Source: the human T2T-CHM13v2.0 reference genome, Homo sapiens. Taken from it: 64,000 nucleotides of DNA. The notes beneath the pieces are model-generated. The model ran no database searches, was not told where the DNA came from, and worked only from the letters and a program-made list of their open reading frames with translations. Numbering within the stretch: the stretch's first letter is position 1; each line of letters opens with the position of its first letter. Location: assembly GCF_009914755.1 (NCBI RefSeq), contig NC_060927.1, one strand, 5' to 3'. Of the stretch, positions 42,335 through 56,010 are shown one piece after another. The position numbers were made by a program, and so were the translations under genes.

Positions 42335-42802
42335 TGTATTCATCTGCTAGGGCTGCCAGTGTCACAAACCAGGTGGTTTAAACAATAGAAATTTATCATC
42401 TCACATTTCTGGAGGCTAGAAGTCTGAGATCAAAGTGCCAGCAGGGTTGGTTCCTTTTGAGGGCTATGAGAGAGAATCTGTTCCATGTCTCTTCCCTAGC
42501 TTCTGGTGGCTTGCTGGCAACGTCTGACACTCCTTGGCTTGAGGCGTCGCTCCAATCTCTGCCTTCATCTTCACATCTTCACATGTCATTCTCCCTGTGT
42601 AAGTAGACAGGGAGGATGTCCACATTTCCCATTTTATAATGACACCGGCCATACTGGATTCGTGACTCACCCTACTCCAGTTTGACTGCATATTAACTAA
42701 TTAGTAGTACCCATCCTATTTCCAAATAAGGTCATATTCTGAGGTACTAGGGGTTAGGACTTTAACATTTGAAATTGGTGGCACACAGTTCAACTCAAAA
42801 CA
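42335..42802 (-). mobile_element. MLT1C-like MaLR solo LTR
   Basis: ctggaggctagaagtctgagatcaa..ctagcttctggtggcttgctggcaa..ccaaataaggtcatattctgaggtactaggggttaggact. Confidence 0.85.
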
Positions 42803-43004
42803 TTAGCCATGTTTTCTAAAGCGAAAATCAGAACACATCTTTTGGCACATGGTTTGACTATAGGGCAGAATGTTTGAAATCAGGACTATCTGAGCAATGT
42901 GGGTGTATGGGGGAATCCTTTTCAAGAGTAAATCTAGGCAAGTTAATATTATAGAAAATTTTTTAAAACATCCAGGTGGATACCCAATTGAAAAAGTTCT
43001 GCTA

Positions 43005-43331
<327 letters not shown>

Positions 43332-43951
43332 CTAGAATTAGAACAGAAACCTGTGGCTGCTTTAAATAATCAGGTTCCACAAAATCAAATTAATGTGAGT
43401 TATGCAGATATAGAAATAGATATAGATATATACATACCTACATGCATACATATGCATCTTACTTTGAGAAAGCACATAAGTAAATGAGATCTGTGTGTAT
43501 TTGACTAGCTTCTTTTAAGATCAAAATGGAGATTAAAATACTTGTGTATTGAAGGTTGAAAAAAGAAGAATATTCTCTGAAATAAATGTTAAGATTCAAG
43601 TGTGATTTTGATTACAAAGTGGAACCCCTTCTCCCCACTTCTACCCACCCCCCCACCACAAGCTTGGAAACATATATCCAAAAGGTAGAATGAAAAACAA
43701 CAGGCCTATATTATCCAACTTACAAATGTTCACAACTTTAGGGGAGCGAATATATATCGAGGGTAATTTGTATGTTTGACCTGTTATAACTCTTGTCTCC
43801 AAACTAACTTCTGCATACTGTATTCCCGAGATGGGAATGAAAACAGGTCCTGGGATACCAGAGATGTAAGAAAAGTGTGAGCCACAATCAAAACCATTTC
43901 CCAAATAGCCCACAAAAAGCAATGTGCCCTCCGTGTTAGAAAACTGTTTTA

Positions 43952-44390
<439 letters not shown>

Positions 44391-44649
44391 AAAACTGTTT
44401 TACAAGAAACAGTCTTGCCCTTTCTGAAAAATTTTCCAGGTTCTAAGCACTTATGTGTAAAGGAAATCATCTCAAACTATGTTGGAACTGGGAATGGTAA
44501 AAATAAATTAATGACAATAAAATAAACTTAAAGTCTTATAAATATATTTAACATGGGACAAGGGATCAGGATAAGGAAATGTGAAAAAGACATGAATAAA
44601 CTGGATAATGATGGAGGAAATGGAAGAATCGCTCAGTGAGAAGACAATA

Positions 44650-44880
44650 AAAATCACTCTCATTTATGTATCAAGCTTCTACCTCGGTATAAACAAAGTG
44701 CTAGGCATTTTCATTATCTTATTTAATCCTCACAACAGTCTAACAAGGTAGATATTATCACTCCAATTTAACAGATGGGAAAACTGTGGCTCAGAGGAGT
44801 TAAGTCATGTGTCCAACCACTGGGCAAATCAGTGGCAGAGTCAGGCATGGAGCCCAGGTTGGCCTGAGTCCACAGTCTGT
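44650..44880 (-). mobile_element. MIR SINE
   Basis: atttaatcctcacaacag..aggtagatattatc..ccaatttaacagatgggaaaactgtggctcagagg..gttaagtca. Confidence 0.8.
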
Positions 44881-47142
44881 GTGCCCAGAGCTGGGGAGGA
44901 GCCTCTGGGGACACGAATGTTTACAAGAACCTTTACAGCACCTCCATCTCATGGACAGGACTGAGTAGGAAAACCAGGCCTGTAGGGAGGGCTGAAATGG
45001 AAGGGGAAGAGCGTACAGAGGCAGATTACTAGGCATCAAGGCCTAACAACAACTGTGTATTGGGGAAAACAATTTTGTTCAAGAGGGCTATTTATAGGGA
45101 TGTTTTTCCTCAGTACTCCCTTCCCCCATCTCCTCCCTTTTGTGTTAAGAGGCGCCTGGCAGATTGGTAAAGGGTTACAGGCAGTGGACAGGAAACCATG
45201 GAACACAATGAACGGGGCGGGACAGATCCCCACCCACCTAAGAAAATCGCTGGCTCCAGTATTCAGAGACCCTGGGGGGAGACAGACTGAGCTCAGGGTT
45301 CTGCTCCTTCCCTGGTTCAGCTAGAAAGAGGCAACGTTCCCAAAGGGGTGCGAAACAGAGCAAGAGGGGGAGCAGGGCAGAATGAGGCAACAAAATATAA
45401 CAAGATTATTAAAAATAAGTCAAATGGACAGTTCATTCTCTTTCCTGAGGACTGCTGTATTCTGTGAGAGATGAAGGTTTTTCTACCCAAAGACTCTGTC
45501 CAGTGTGGGAACTCCAAAGATACAGCACAAGAGGCAAGAGAAATCATCTCAAACCCAGCTGCTGAGAGGGACCCCAGAATCCAATGTGAGGTCCTTGGGA
45601 CACACCCTGCCAGGCTTCTTCCCTCTGGGCCACTGGACACAAATCTTAACCCAAATGGATCCAGATTCAGACTTAAAGCCTAATGCAAGACGCTGTGCAG
45701 ATTCAGGCATTGGTATAATAATAATTCCACTCACAGCACTTGGCTCTTTCAGGCCTTGTGAAGTCTCTCGTCCACATGTGACTCTAGGAAGGAAGTGTCC
45801 CGCTGCTGTTTGGCAGTGTCTAGTGCCCATGGTGGAGTGGGACAAGGGGGTCTTGTACTGCCTGGTTTGTTCATTTCTGAAACATTGAAGATTGATTTAA
45901 TGCTACAACTGTGCATATGGGTCAAATGTCATTATGGTTTTTTAAACACTATAGAACACAAAAGATTTCCAAACCTCTATTTTTGAATACTATTCAATAC
46001 AAAGAAATTAGCGCATAAGTAAAATATTGGTGAGGAAAAACTTATTTCTCAAATAATTTCAAATAATTTATCCTGATGTCTCATCTAATCTCTAGTCCTA
46101 ACTTCTCAGCTTCTCCTCAGTCTTGCATTTTATACTATCAAAGGACATTTCCTCCTGAAATTTCTGATATGGCCCTTGATGTGTAGAGAAGTATGTATTA
46201 TCATTCTCCAAAAAAAAAAAAACAGTTTTTACTCTTACCAGTCCCCAGTCTTATAAACCCGGAGAGGTTTTGGACTCTACTGTCTCCTACATCTAGTCTT
46301 TTAAATAAATGTCTGAGATTTTGAGTTAGCAGTTAGGGTCCCTGATAAATGCACGGTTACTATAAAAAATAATACTTCATTTATCATCGAGTCTTATTCT
46401 TTCTTGCTATTCACTTTACATCACCCTTTCTACCCCAAAATTGGTAGTTGATGGTAAAGTAACTGAATTATGTTCTCAGCTGGGGAAGTGAGGATATAAA
46501 GCAGTCTCCCAGTGCTTTTTTTGCCCTAACTAATGCAGCTTTGCAACTCTGGGAACTATAATATTCAATGTAGGGAGAGGAGAGAGAAAGAGATAAAGAA
46601 GTTATGTTTAATAATGACTAGATCTGTTCAACTTTTAGGCTGGGAGTGAAGTCATTTAAAGCCCTTCTCTTTCTCCATTCTTATCATGGCACCTGCTTGA
46701 TCTTGGAAGTCCTTTTAGAAGGAAAACTGGCTTTAATAATTGCAGAGATGGTGGAGCAATGGGAAGTCAGGTGGTCAGGATAGGAAACTGATTCTGATTC
46801 TCATTTCTTCTTTCCCATCAAGTTAACTTCTCCTCCACTCAGTACTGTTTGACTAAGGATTGATAATGTAGACCTCCCTGCTCCAGTCCACTAAGTATGC
46901 TTAATTTGGAAACTTAGAAGCAACAATTTGCAGTGTAATCTGGAAACTGATGCACAGGGAAATGCAATAATGGACTTGGGATACACAACTTTTTAGAAGA
47001 TCTTTTGCTCTGGTCAAGTGCATCTTCTACTAGCTTCAGAATCCCATGACATTGGTGCCTGGACTAAGGGGGTGCATAAGTCCTCTCTAATAGGAGAGCA
47101 TCATCTAACAATTGATCTCAATACTAGATACCACATAAGCAC

Positions 47143-49520
47143 TGATATTATTAGACTCTGTGTCCCCACCCAGTCTCATGTCAAATTATAATCCTCATGT
47201 GTCAAGGGCGGGACCTGTTGGGAGGTGATTAAATTATGGGGATGAATTTCCTCCGTGCTGCTCTCATGATAGTGAGTTCCCATGAGATCTGATGGTTAAA
47301 CATATGGCACTTCCCTGCCCACTCTCTCTCTCCTGCTTTGCCATGAGAAGATGTGCTTTGCTTCCCCTTCACCTTCTGCCATGATTGTAAGTTTCCTGAG
47401 GCCTCACAGTTATGCTTCCTGTTAAGCCTGCAGAATTGTGAGTCAATTAAACCTCTTTTCCTCATGAATTACCCAGTCTCAGGTAGTTCTTTATAACAGT
47501 GTGAAAATGGACTAACACAGAAAATTGGTACCAGGAGAGTGGTGCTCTGCTAAAAAGATACCTGAAAATGTGGAAGCGACTTTGGAACTGGGTAACAGGC
47601 AGAGGTTAGAACAGTTCTGAGGGCTCAAAGAAGAAAGGAAGATGTGGGAAAGTTTGGAACTTCCTAGAGACTTGTTGAATGGTTTTGACCAAAATGCTGA
47701 TCGTGACATGGACAATGAAGTCCAGACTGAGATGGTCTCAGATGGAGATGAGGAATTTATTGGGAGTAAAGGTCACTTTTGCTATGATTTAGCAAAGAGA
47801 CTGGTGGCATTTTCCCCCTGCCCTAGAGATCTGTGGAAGTTTGAACTTGAGAGAGATGATATAGGGTATCTGGCAGAAGAAATTTCTAAACAACAAAAAA
47901 TTCAAGATTTGGTCTGGCTGCTCCTAACAGGATACAGTCATATGCATTCACAAAGAGATGGTCTGAAATTGAAACTTATGTTTAAAAGGGAAGCAGAGCA
48001 TAAAAGTTTGGAAAATCTGCAGCCTGACCATGTGGTCAAAAATAAAAACCCGTTTTCTGGGGAGAAATTCAAGTCAGTTGCAGAAATTTGCATAAATGAA
48101 GAGGAGCCAAATGTTAATAGCCAAGACAATGGGGAATGTCTCCAGGACATGTCAGAGATCTTCACAGAAGCCCCACCCATCACAAGCCAGGAGGCCTAGG
48201 AGGGAAAATGGTTTCATGGGCCAGGCCCAGGGCTCCGCTGCTCTGTGCAGCCTTGGGACTTGGCACCTCAGTCCCAGCTGCTCCAGCCCCAGCTGTGGCT
48301 AAAAGGGGCCAAGGTACAGCTCAGCCCATTGCTTCAGAGTATGCAAGCCCCGAGCCTTGGTGACTTCCATGTGGTATTGGGCCTGCAGGTACACAGAAGG
48401 CAAGAATTGATGTTTGGAAACCTCTGCCTAGATTTCAGAGAATGTATGAAAATGTCTGGATGTACAGGTAGAAGTCTGCTGCAGGGGTGGAGCCCTCATG
48501 GAGAACCTCTACTAGGACAGTCTGGAGGGAAAATGTGGGGTGGGAACCCCCACACAGAGCCCCCACTGGGGCACTGCCTCATGGAGCAGTGAAAAGGGGG
48601 CCACTGTCCTCCAGACCCCAGAATGGTAGATCCGTGAAGACCTTGCACTGTTCACCTGGAAAAGCCACAGATACTCAATGCCAGCCTATAAAAGCAGCTA
48701 TGGGGACTGTACCCTGCAGAGCCACAGGGGTGGAGCTGCCCAAGGCCTTGGGAGACCACCCCTTGTGTCAGTGTGGCCTGGATGTGAGACACAGAGTCAA
48801 AATAGACTATCTGGGGGCTTTAAGATTTAATGACTGCCCTGCTAGGTTTCAGACTTTCATGGACCTTGTAGCCCCTTTGTTTTGGCCAATTTCTCCCTTT
48901 TGGAATGGGAGCATTTACCCAATGCTTACACCCCCATTGTGTCTTGGAAGTAATTAACTTGCTTTTGATTTTACAAGCTCATAGGCAGAAGAGACTTGCC
49001 TTGTCTTAGATGAGACTTTGGACTTGGACTTTTGAGTTAATGCTGGAATGAGTTAAGACTTTGAGGGACTGTTGGGAAGGCATGATTAATTTTGCAATGT
49101 GAGAAGGACATGAGATTCGGAAGGGGCCAGGGGCAGAATGATATGGTTTGGCTTTATGCCCCCACCCAAATCTCATGTCAAATTGTAATCACCATGTGTC
49201 AGGGGAGGGACCTGGTGGGAGGTGATTGGATCATGGGGGCAGATTTCCCCCATGCTGTTGTCATGATAGTAAGTGAATTCTCATGAGATCTGATGATTTA
49301 AAAGTGTGGCACTTCCCTCCCTCATTCTCTGTCTCCTGCTCCACCATGGGAAGATATGACTTGCAACCCCTTAACCTTCTGCCATGATTGTAAGTTTCCT
49401 GAGGCCTCCCAGTTATGCTTCCTGTTAAGCCTGCAGAGCTGTGAGTCAATTACCCTCTTTTCTTCATAAATTACTCCATCTCAGGTAGTTCTTTATAGTA
49501 GTGTGAAAAGGACTAATACA
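47143..49520 (+). mobile_element. Complete MSTA-like MaLR provirus (LTR-internal-LTR)
   Basis: 5' LTR 47143-47519, internal 47520-49138 (gaaaattggtacc start, purine tract before the 3' LTR), 3' LTR 49139-49520, perfect TSD AGCAC (47138-47142 / 49521-49525). Confidence 0.93.
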
Positions 49521-52500
49521 AGCACCTTTAAAATAGAGGTTACTGGGTGTGTGGCCATTTCTATGTCTTCTTTTGAGAAATGTCTGTTCAGATCATTTGC
49601 TAATTTTTTAATTGGAATGTTTGTTTGTTTTTGCTGTTGAGATATTTGAGTTCCTTGTATATTCTGGATATTAATTCCCTGTCAGATGAGTAATTTGTAA
49701 ATAGTTTCTCCCATTCTATAGATTGTCTTTTCACTCTGTTGAATGTTTCATTTGCAGTACAGAAGCTTTTTAGTTTGCTGTGATTTCATTTATTTTTTTT
49801 TCTTTTGTTGGCTAGGATTTTGAGATCTTATTCACAAAATATTTTCCCAGACAAATGTCCTGAAGCACATCCCCTATGTTTTCTTCTAGTAGTTTTATTG
49901 TTTCAGGTCTTACATTTAGGTCTTTGATACAGTTTGAGTTGATTTTTATAGAGAGTACATGGTGAGGGTCTATTTTCATTCTTTTGCATGTAGATATCCA
50001 GTTTCCCCAGCACCATTTATTAAAGAGACTTTTCTTTACCCAGTGAGTATTCTTGACGCCTTTGTCAAAAATTAGTTGGCTATAAATATATGGATTAGTT
50101 TCTGGGATCTTGACTTTGTTCCATTGGTCTGAATGTCTGTTTTTATTTCAGTATCATGCTGTTTTACTGTTAAAAAAACTGTACTACTACAGTTTTGTAG
50201 TATATTTTGAGATATAATAGTGTGATACCCCCAGTTTTGTTTCTTTTGCTTAGGATTGCCTTAGCTATTTGGGATCTTTGTGGTTCCATGGAAATGTCAG
50301 GATTTTTTTTCTATTTTTATAAGGAATGTAATTGGTATTTTGATAGGATTGCATTGAATATATAGATTTCTTTGAGCAATCTTAACAATGTTAATTTATC
50401 TAATCAGTGAGCATAAGATGTTTTTCCATTTGTACCATCTTCAATTTCCTTCATCAGTGTTTTGTAGTTTTCTTTGTAGAGATCTTTTACCTCCTTGGTT
50501 AAATTTATTTTCAGATTTTTTATTGTAGCTATTGAAAATGCGATTGCCTTCTTGATTTCTTTTTCAGCTACTTTGTTGTTTGTGTATGGAAACACCACTG
50601 ATTTTTGTATGTTAATTTTGTATACTGTAACTTTACTGAACTTACAAGTTCTAAAAGTTTTTTGATAGAGTCTTTAGGTCTTTCTATATGTAAAATCATT
50701 ATCTGCAAATGGGGACAGTCTGACTTATTTCTTTCCAATTTGGATGTCCTCTATTTCTTTCTCTTGCCTAATTGCTCTAGCTAGGACTTCCAGTACTATT
50801 TTGAATAAGAGTGGTGAAAATGGGTATCCTTGTTTTGTTCTAGTTCTCAGGGGAAACGTTTTCTGCTTTTCCTTGTTGAGTAAGATGTTAGCTGTAGGTT
50901 TGTCATATATGGCCTTTATTATGTTGAGATACTTTTCTTCTATACTTACTTTACTAGGAGTTTTTAATCATGGAGGACTGTTGAATTTTATCAAATGTTT
51001 TTCTGCATCTATTGAGATGATCATATAGTTTTTGTCCTTCATTTAACTGATGTGATATATGACATTTATTGATTTGTACATGTTGAACCATTCTTGCATC
51101 CTTGGGATAAATCCCACTTGATCATGGTGTAGTATCTTTTGGATGTATTGTTGGATTCGGGTTGCTACTATTTTTTGAGGATTTTTGTGACTATGTTCAT
51201 CAGAGATATTGACCTGCAGTTTTCTTTTTTTTAATTGTGTCCTTGTCTGGTTTTGGTATCAGGGTCATGCTATACCCATAGAATGAGTTAGGAAGAATTC
51301 CTTCTGCTTCAATTTTTTTTTGAATTGCTTGAGGATAACTGGCATTAGTACTTCTTTAAAGGTTCAGTAGAATTCAGTGGTGAAGGGATCCCATTCTAGA
51401 CTTTTCCTTGTTGGGAGATTTTTTTTTAATTACTAATTCAATCTCATTACATGTTACTAGCCTGCTCAGATTTTCTATTTCTTCTTGATTCAATCTTGGT
51501 AGGCTGTATGTGTCCAGGCACTTATCCATTTTCTCTAGGTTTTCTAATTTTTCAGCATATAGCTATTCATAGAATCCCTAATGAGCCTTTATATTTCTGT
51601 GGTATCCATTGTGACATCTTTTTCATGTCTGATTTTCTTTATTTGGGTCTTCTCTCTTTTTTTAATAGTCTGGCTAATGGTTTGTCAATTTTGTTTATCT
51701 CTTTTTTTTAAAAAAACAGCTTTTTGTTTCATTGATTTTGTTTGTTTGTTTTTTAGTCTCAGTGTTTAAATATTTTGCTCTGATCTTCATTATTTCTACC
51801 CTTCTACTAACTTTGGATTCGGTTTGTTCTTGTTTTTCTAGTTCCTTGGGGTGCATTGTTAGGTTGTTTATTTGAACTCTTTCTATTTTTTTGATGCTGG
51901 TGTTTAGTACTCTAAATTTCCCTCTTAACACTGCTTTTGCTACATTCCATAGGTTTTGGTATGTTATATTTCAATTTTCATTTGTTTCAAATAATTTTTA
52001 AATTTCATTCTTAATTTCCTCTTTCATCTATTGGTTCTTCAGGAGCAAGTAGCCTAATTTTCATGAATTTCTATAGTTTTTAATATCCATATTGTTATAG
52101 TGTCTAGTGTTATTCCACTGTAGTCCAGTAAGATACTTGATATGATTTTAATTTTTTTAACATTTTCTGAGATTTGTTTTGTGTCTTAATACATGGTCAA
52201 ACCTGGAGAATGTTCAATGTGCTGCTAAAAAGAATGTGTATTCTGCAGCTGTTTGGTGAAATGTTTTGTAAATGCCTGTTTGGTCTACCTGGTCTATGGT
52301 GCAGTTTAAATCTGATGTTTTTTTTTTTTTTATGTCTAGATGATCTGTGCAATGCTGTGAGTGGGGTGTTGAAGTCCCAAAGTATTATTGTATTGGGGTC
52401 TATCTTGCCCTTTAGATATAATAATATTTGTTCTATATATCTAGGTGCTGCAGTGTTGAGTGCATATATATTTATAATTGTTATATTATCTTGCTGAATG

Positions 52501-53544
52501 GATTCTTTTATTATTGTATAATGACCTTCTTTGTCTCTTTTTACAGCTTTTAACTTGAAGTCTATTTTGTCTGATACAAATATAGCTACTTCTGCTTGCT
52601 TTTGATTTCCATTTGCGTGGACTATCTTCTTCCATACCTTCTCTTTCAGGCTATGTATGTCTTTGTATAGATTTCTTGTAGGCAGCATATAGTTGGGTCT
52701 GGGTTTCTAATGCATTCAGCCAATCTATATCTTTTAAATGGGGACTTTAATCTATTTACATTTAAGGTTATTATTGACAGGTGAGGACTTACTCCTGTCA
52801 TTTTATTGTCTTTTGATTGTTTTGTATATCCTTTGTTCCTTGCTTCCTCTCTTATTGTTTACTCTTGTGGTTGGGTGGTTTTCTGTAGTAATAAGATTTG
52901 ATTCCTTTTTCCTTACCCTTTAGTGTATTGGCTCTAACAGAGGTTTTTTTTACATAAGTTTTGCCTGCTTTCATGATTGTGGTTATCATCTTCTCACTTC
53001 CAGATGTAAGACTCCCTTGGATTTCTTGTAAGACCAGTTTAGAGGTGATGAATTCCCTAAATTTTGCTTGTTTGTGAAAATTTTATATTTCCTTCATTTG
53101 TAAAGGATAGCTTTGCTGGGTACAATATGCTTGAGTGGCAGTTTTGTCCTTCAGTATCTGGAATTGAACACCACAGTGTCTTCTGATCTATAAAGTTTTT
53201 GCTGATAAATCCACTAATATTTATAATAATCTAACAGAGATTCCCTTATGTGTGACTTGATACCTTTCTCTTGCTCCTTTTAAAATTCTTTGTCTTTGAA
53301 TCTTGAAAATTTGACTATAATGTACCTCAAAGAGGATTTGTTTAAATTGAATCTCTTTGGGGTTCTTTGAGCTTCCTGGATCTGAAAGTCCATCATCTGT
53401 CTCCCAAGACTTGGTAAGTTTTCCGCTTTGGTTTCATTAGATATGTTTTACTCATCTTCTTCTTTTTGTTCTCCTGGAATGCCCATAATACAAACATTTG
53501 TTCACTTAATAGTGTTCCATAAATCCTATAGGCTTCCTTCACTC

Positions 53545-53675
53545 TTTTTCATTCTTTTTTCTTTTCTTCCTTCTTTCTTTTTCTTCCTTTTTCTTCTTTC
53601 TTTCTTTCCTTCTTTCTTTCTTTTTCTTCTTTCTTTCTCCTTTTCTTTCCTTCTTTCTCCTTTTCTTTCTTTCCT
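53545..53675. repeat. (CTTT)n-type polypyrimidine STR
   Basis: C/T-only tract within L1 ORF1. Confidence 0.9.
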
Positions 53676-55716
53676 GCATGTATTATTTCAAAAGACATAA
53701 CTTCAACTTCTAGCCTATTGCTGAAGCTCTCAATTGCATTTTTTATTTCCTTCATTATTGTATAATGATCTTCTTTGTCTCTTTTTATAGCTTTTAACTT
53801 GAAGTCCTTTTTGTCTGGTTGCTTGCTTTTGGTTTCTGTTTGCATGGAATATCTTCTTGGTTGATGTTCTTGCATGGAATTCTCCAGCTCTAGAATTTCT
53901 GTTTGGTTCTTGTTTATGATATCTATCTCTGCTGAAATTCTCATTCAGATTATGAATTGTTTTCCTGATTTTGCTGAATTGTCCATTTGTATTCTCTTGT
54001 ATTTTACTGAGTTTCCTTAAGATTATTATTTTGAATTATTTCTCTGGCATTTTGCATATGTCCTTATGATTGGGATCTGTTACTAAACAATTACTATTTT
54101 CCTTTAGGAGTAATATGTTTTCTTATTTTCATGGTTGATATGTCCCTACATTGATTTCTACACATCTGGTGGAAAAGTCACCTCTTCTATTTTTTTGGAG
54201 AAGGCTTCATAGGGAAAGACTTATTTGTATGAATGGGTCTTGGGTGTCAGTTTGGTGGGGTATGTTGACCTTGACTGTAGGTGGACACAGTCGTATAGTC
54301 TCGGTGTAGTTTCTTCAGCTGTAATCCATACTAGTGGCATTTGCAAGTTTCTCAGTGGCCTAGGCTGAGAGAGTTTGTGGTGACTGTGCTATGGTTTTGC
54401 CAGGAGTGGGCTTGCTGGGCTGTTTCTCAGGTTGAGGGTACATGTATACAAGTGATGAGTTTGTTGATTTGTGGTCTTGCTCACTAAGGTTGGGGCCACA
54501 GGGCTGTTACTCTGGCTGGGAGCATAGACACATGGTTGCTCAGCCAGTTTGAGTGCATGCCTGCCAGGAGTGTTCTTCAGTGTTGGGATGCAGGTATACA
54601 GCTGCTTGGCTGAGCTGGAAATATGTCTGCCACGGGTAGCCAGAAGGGGTGATTCTCAGGCCCAGAACATGGATGTAAGGCTGCTCAGCTGGTCTGAGGG
54701 TGTGCTTGCCAGGATGGTCCATGGGGCTCTTTTTCAGTCCTGGTACACAGGTGCAGGGCTGCTTGGCCAGCCTGTCTGTAGAGGGCAATCCATGGGGCTG
54801 TTTTTCAGGCTTGGTTGGCCTTGGGTGTGTTGCCAAGGAGTGGCCCATAGGAAACTTCTCAGATTTGGGACACAGGCACAAGGCTGCTCAGCTAGCTCAG
54901 GGGCGTGCACACTAGAGGCAGCCGATGCAGTTGTTTCTCAGGTCCAGTATGCAAATGTATGGCTACTTGTCTAGTCTGGGGTGTGTCTGCCAGTGGCAGC
55001 CCATGGGGCTATTTCTCAGGTCTGAGACATGGACTTTTAGTGACTTGAGTGTTCTGGGGGCATGCTTACCAGGAGTGACCTTCAGGACTATTTCTCAGGC
55101 CCTTTTAGGGAGTGCAGGGCCATTGGGCAGGCTGGGGCATGGTAGGGTAGAGGCTCTGGGGACACGGCGGGGCTGTTTCTCAGGTCCTGAGCATGGATGT
55201 GTAGCCACTTCACTGGCCTGGGAACATATCAGATGCCTGGAGGCTCAGGGGCCTCTCCCACTCAGGGGAGGATATGTAGTGGTTTGGCTGGCTCACTGGT
55301 GGTTTCACCCTGGGCAGGACTGGCAGACAGTTCCTCCTTCTAGAATTGCAGTGACAGGGGTTGGTTTCCCTGCTATGTAGGACCAGAGTCACAGCTGATC
55401 CTTGGCCCAATCTCCATACAGCTGGGGTTGTGGCATTCAGCCACCCATATGGGCTTGGTGCAATGAAGATGGAGCCCCAGTGCTAGGGAAGTGCAGTGGC
55501 TACTGGCCATCAGAGCAGGGCACACTCCAGAGGTAGCTCTGGTCTCAAGATGGTACCATGCTGCAGCAGCTTGGCTCACAGAGGGTGGGTGTGAATGAGG
55601 AGTGCACACCTTGTGCTCTTAATCAGGGCCACGTAGTTGTGTGAATTTCCATCAGCTCTCCCAACTGGGCTCAGGGCTTGTGAGGACTGTGGAATTCTCC
55701 TGTTGTAAGGACTGTA

Positions 55717-56010
<294 letters not shown>

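Noticed and set aside
45000-47100. Non-repetitive-looking stretch with short ORFs
   Set aside because: No recognisable coding, RNA or repeat signature; it may be old TE or enhancer sequence, but I cannot support a call
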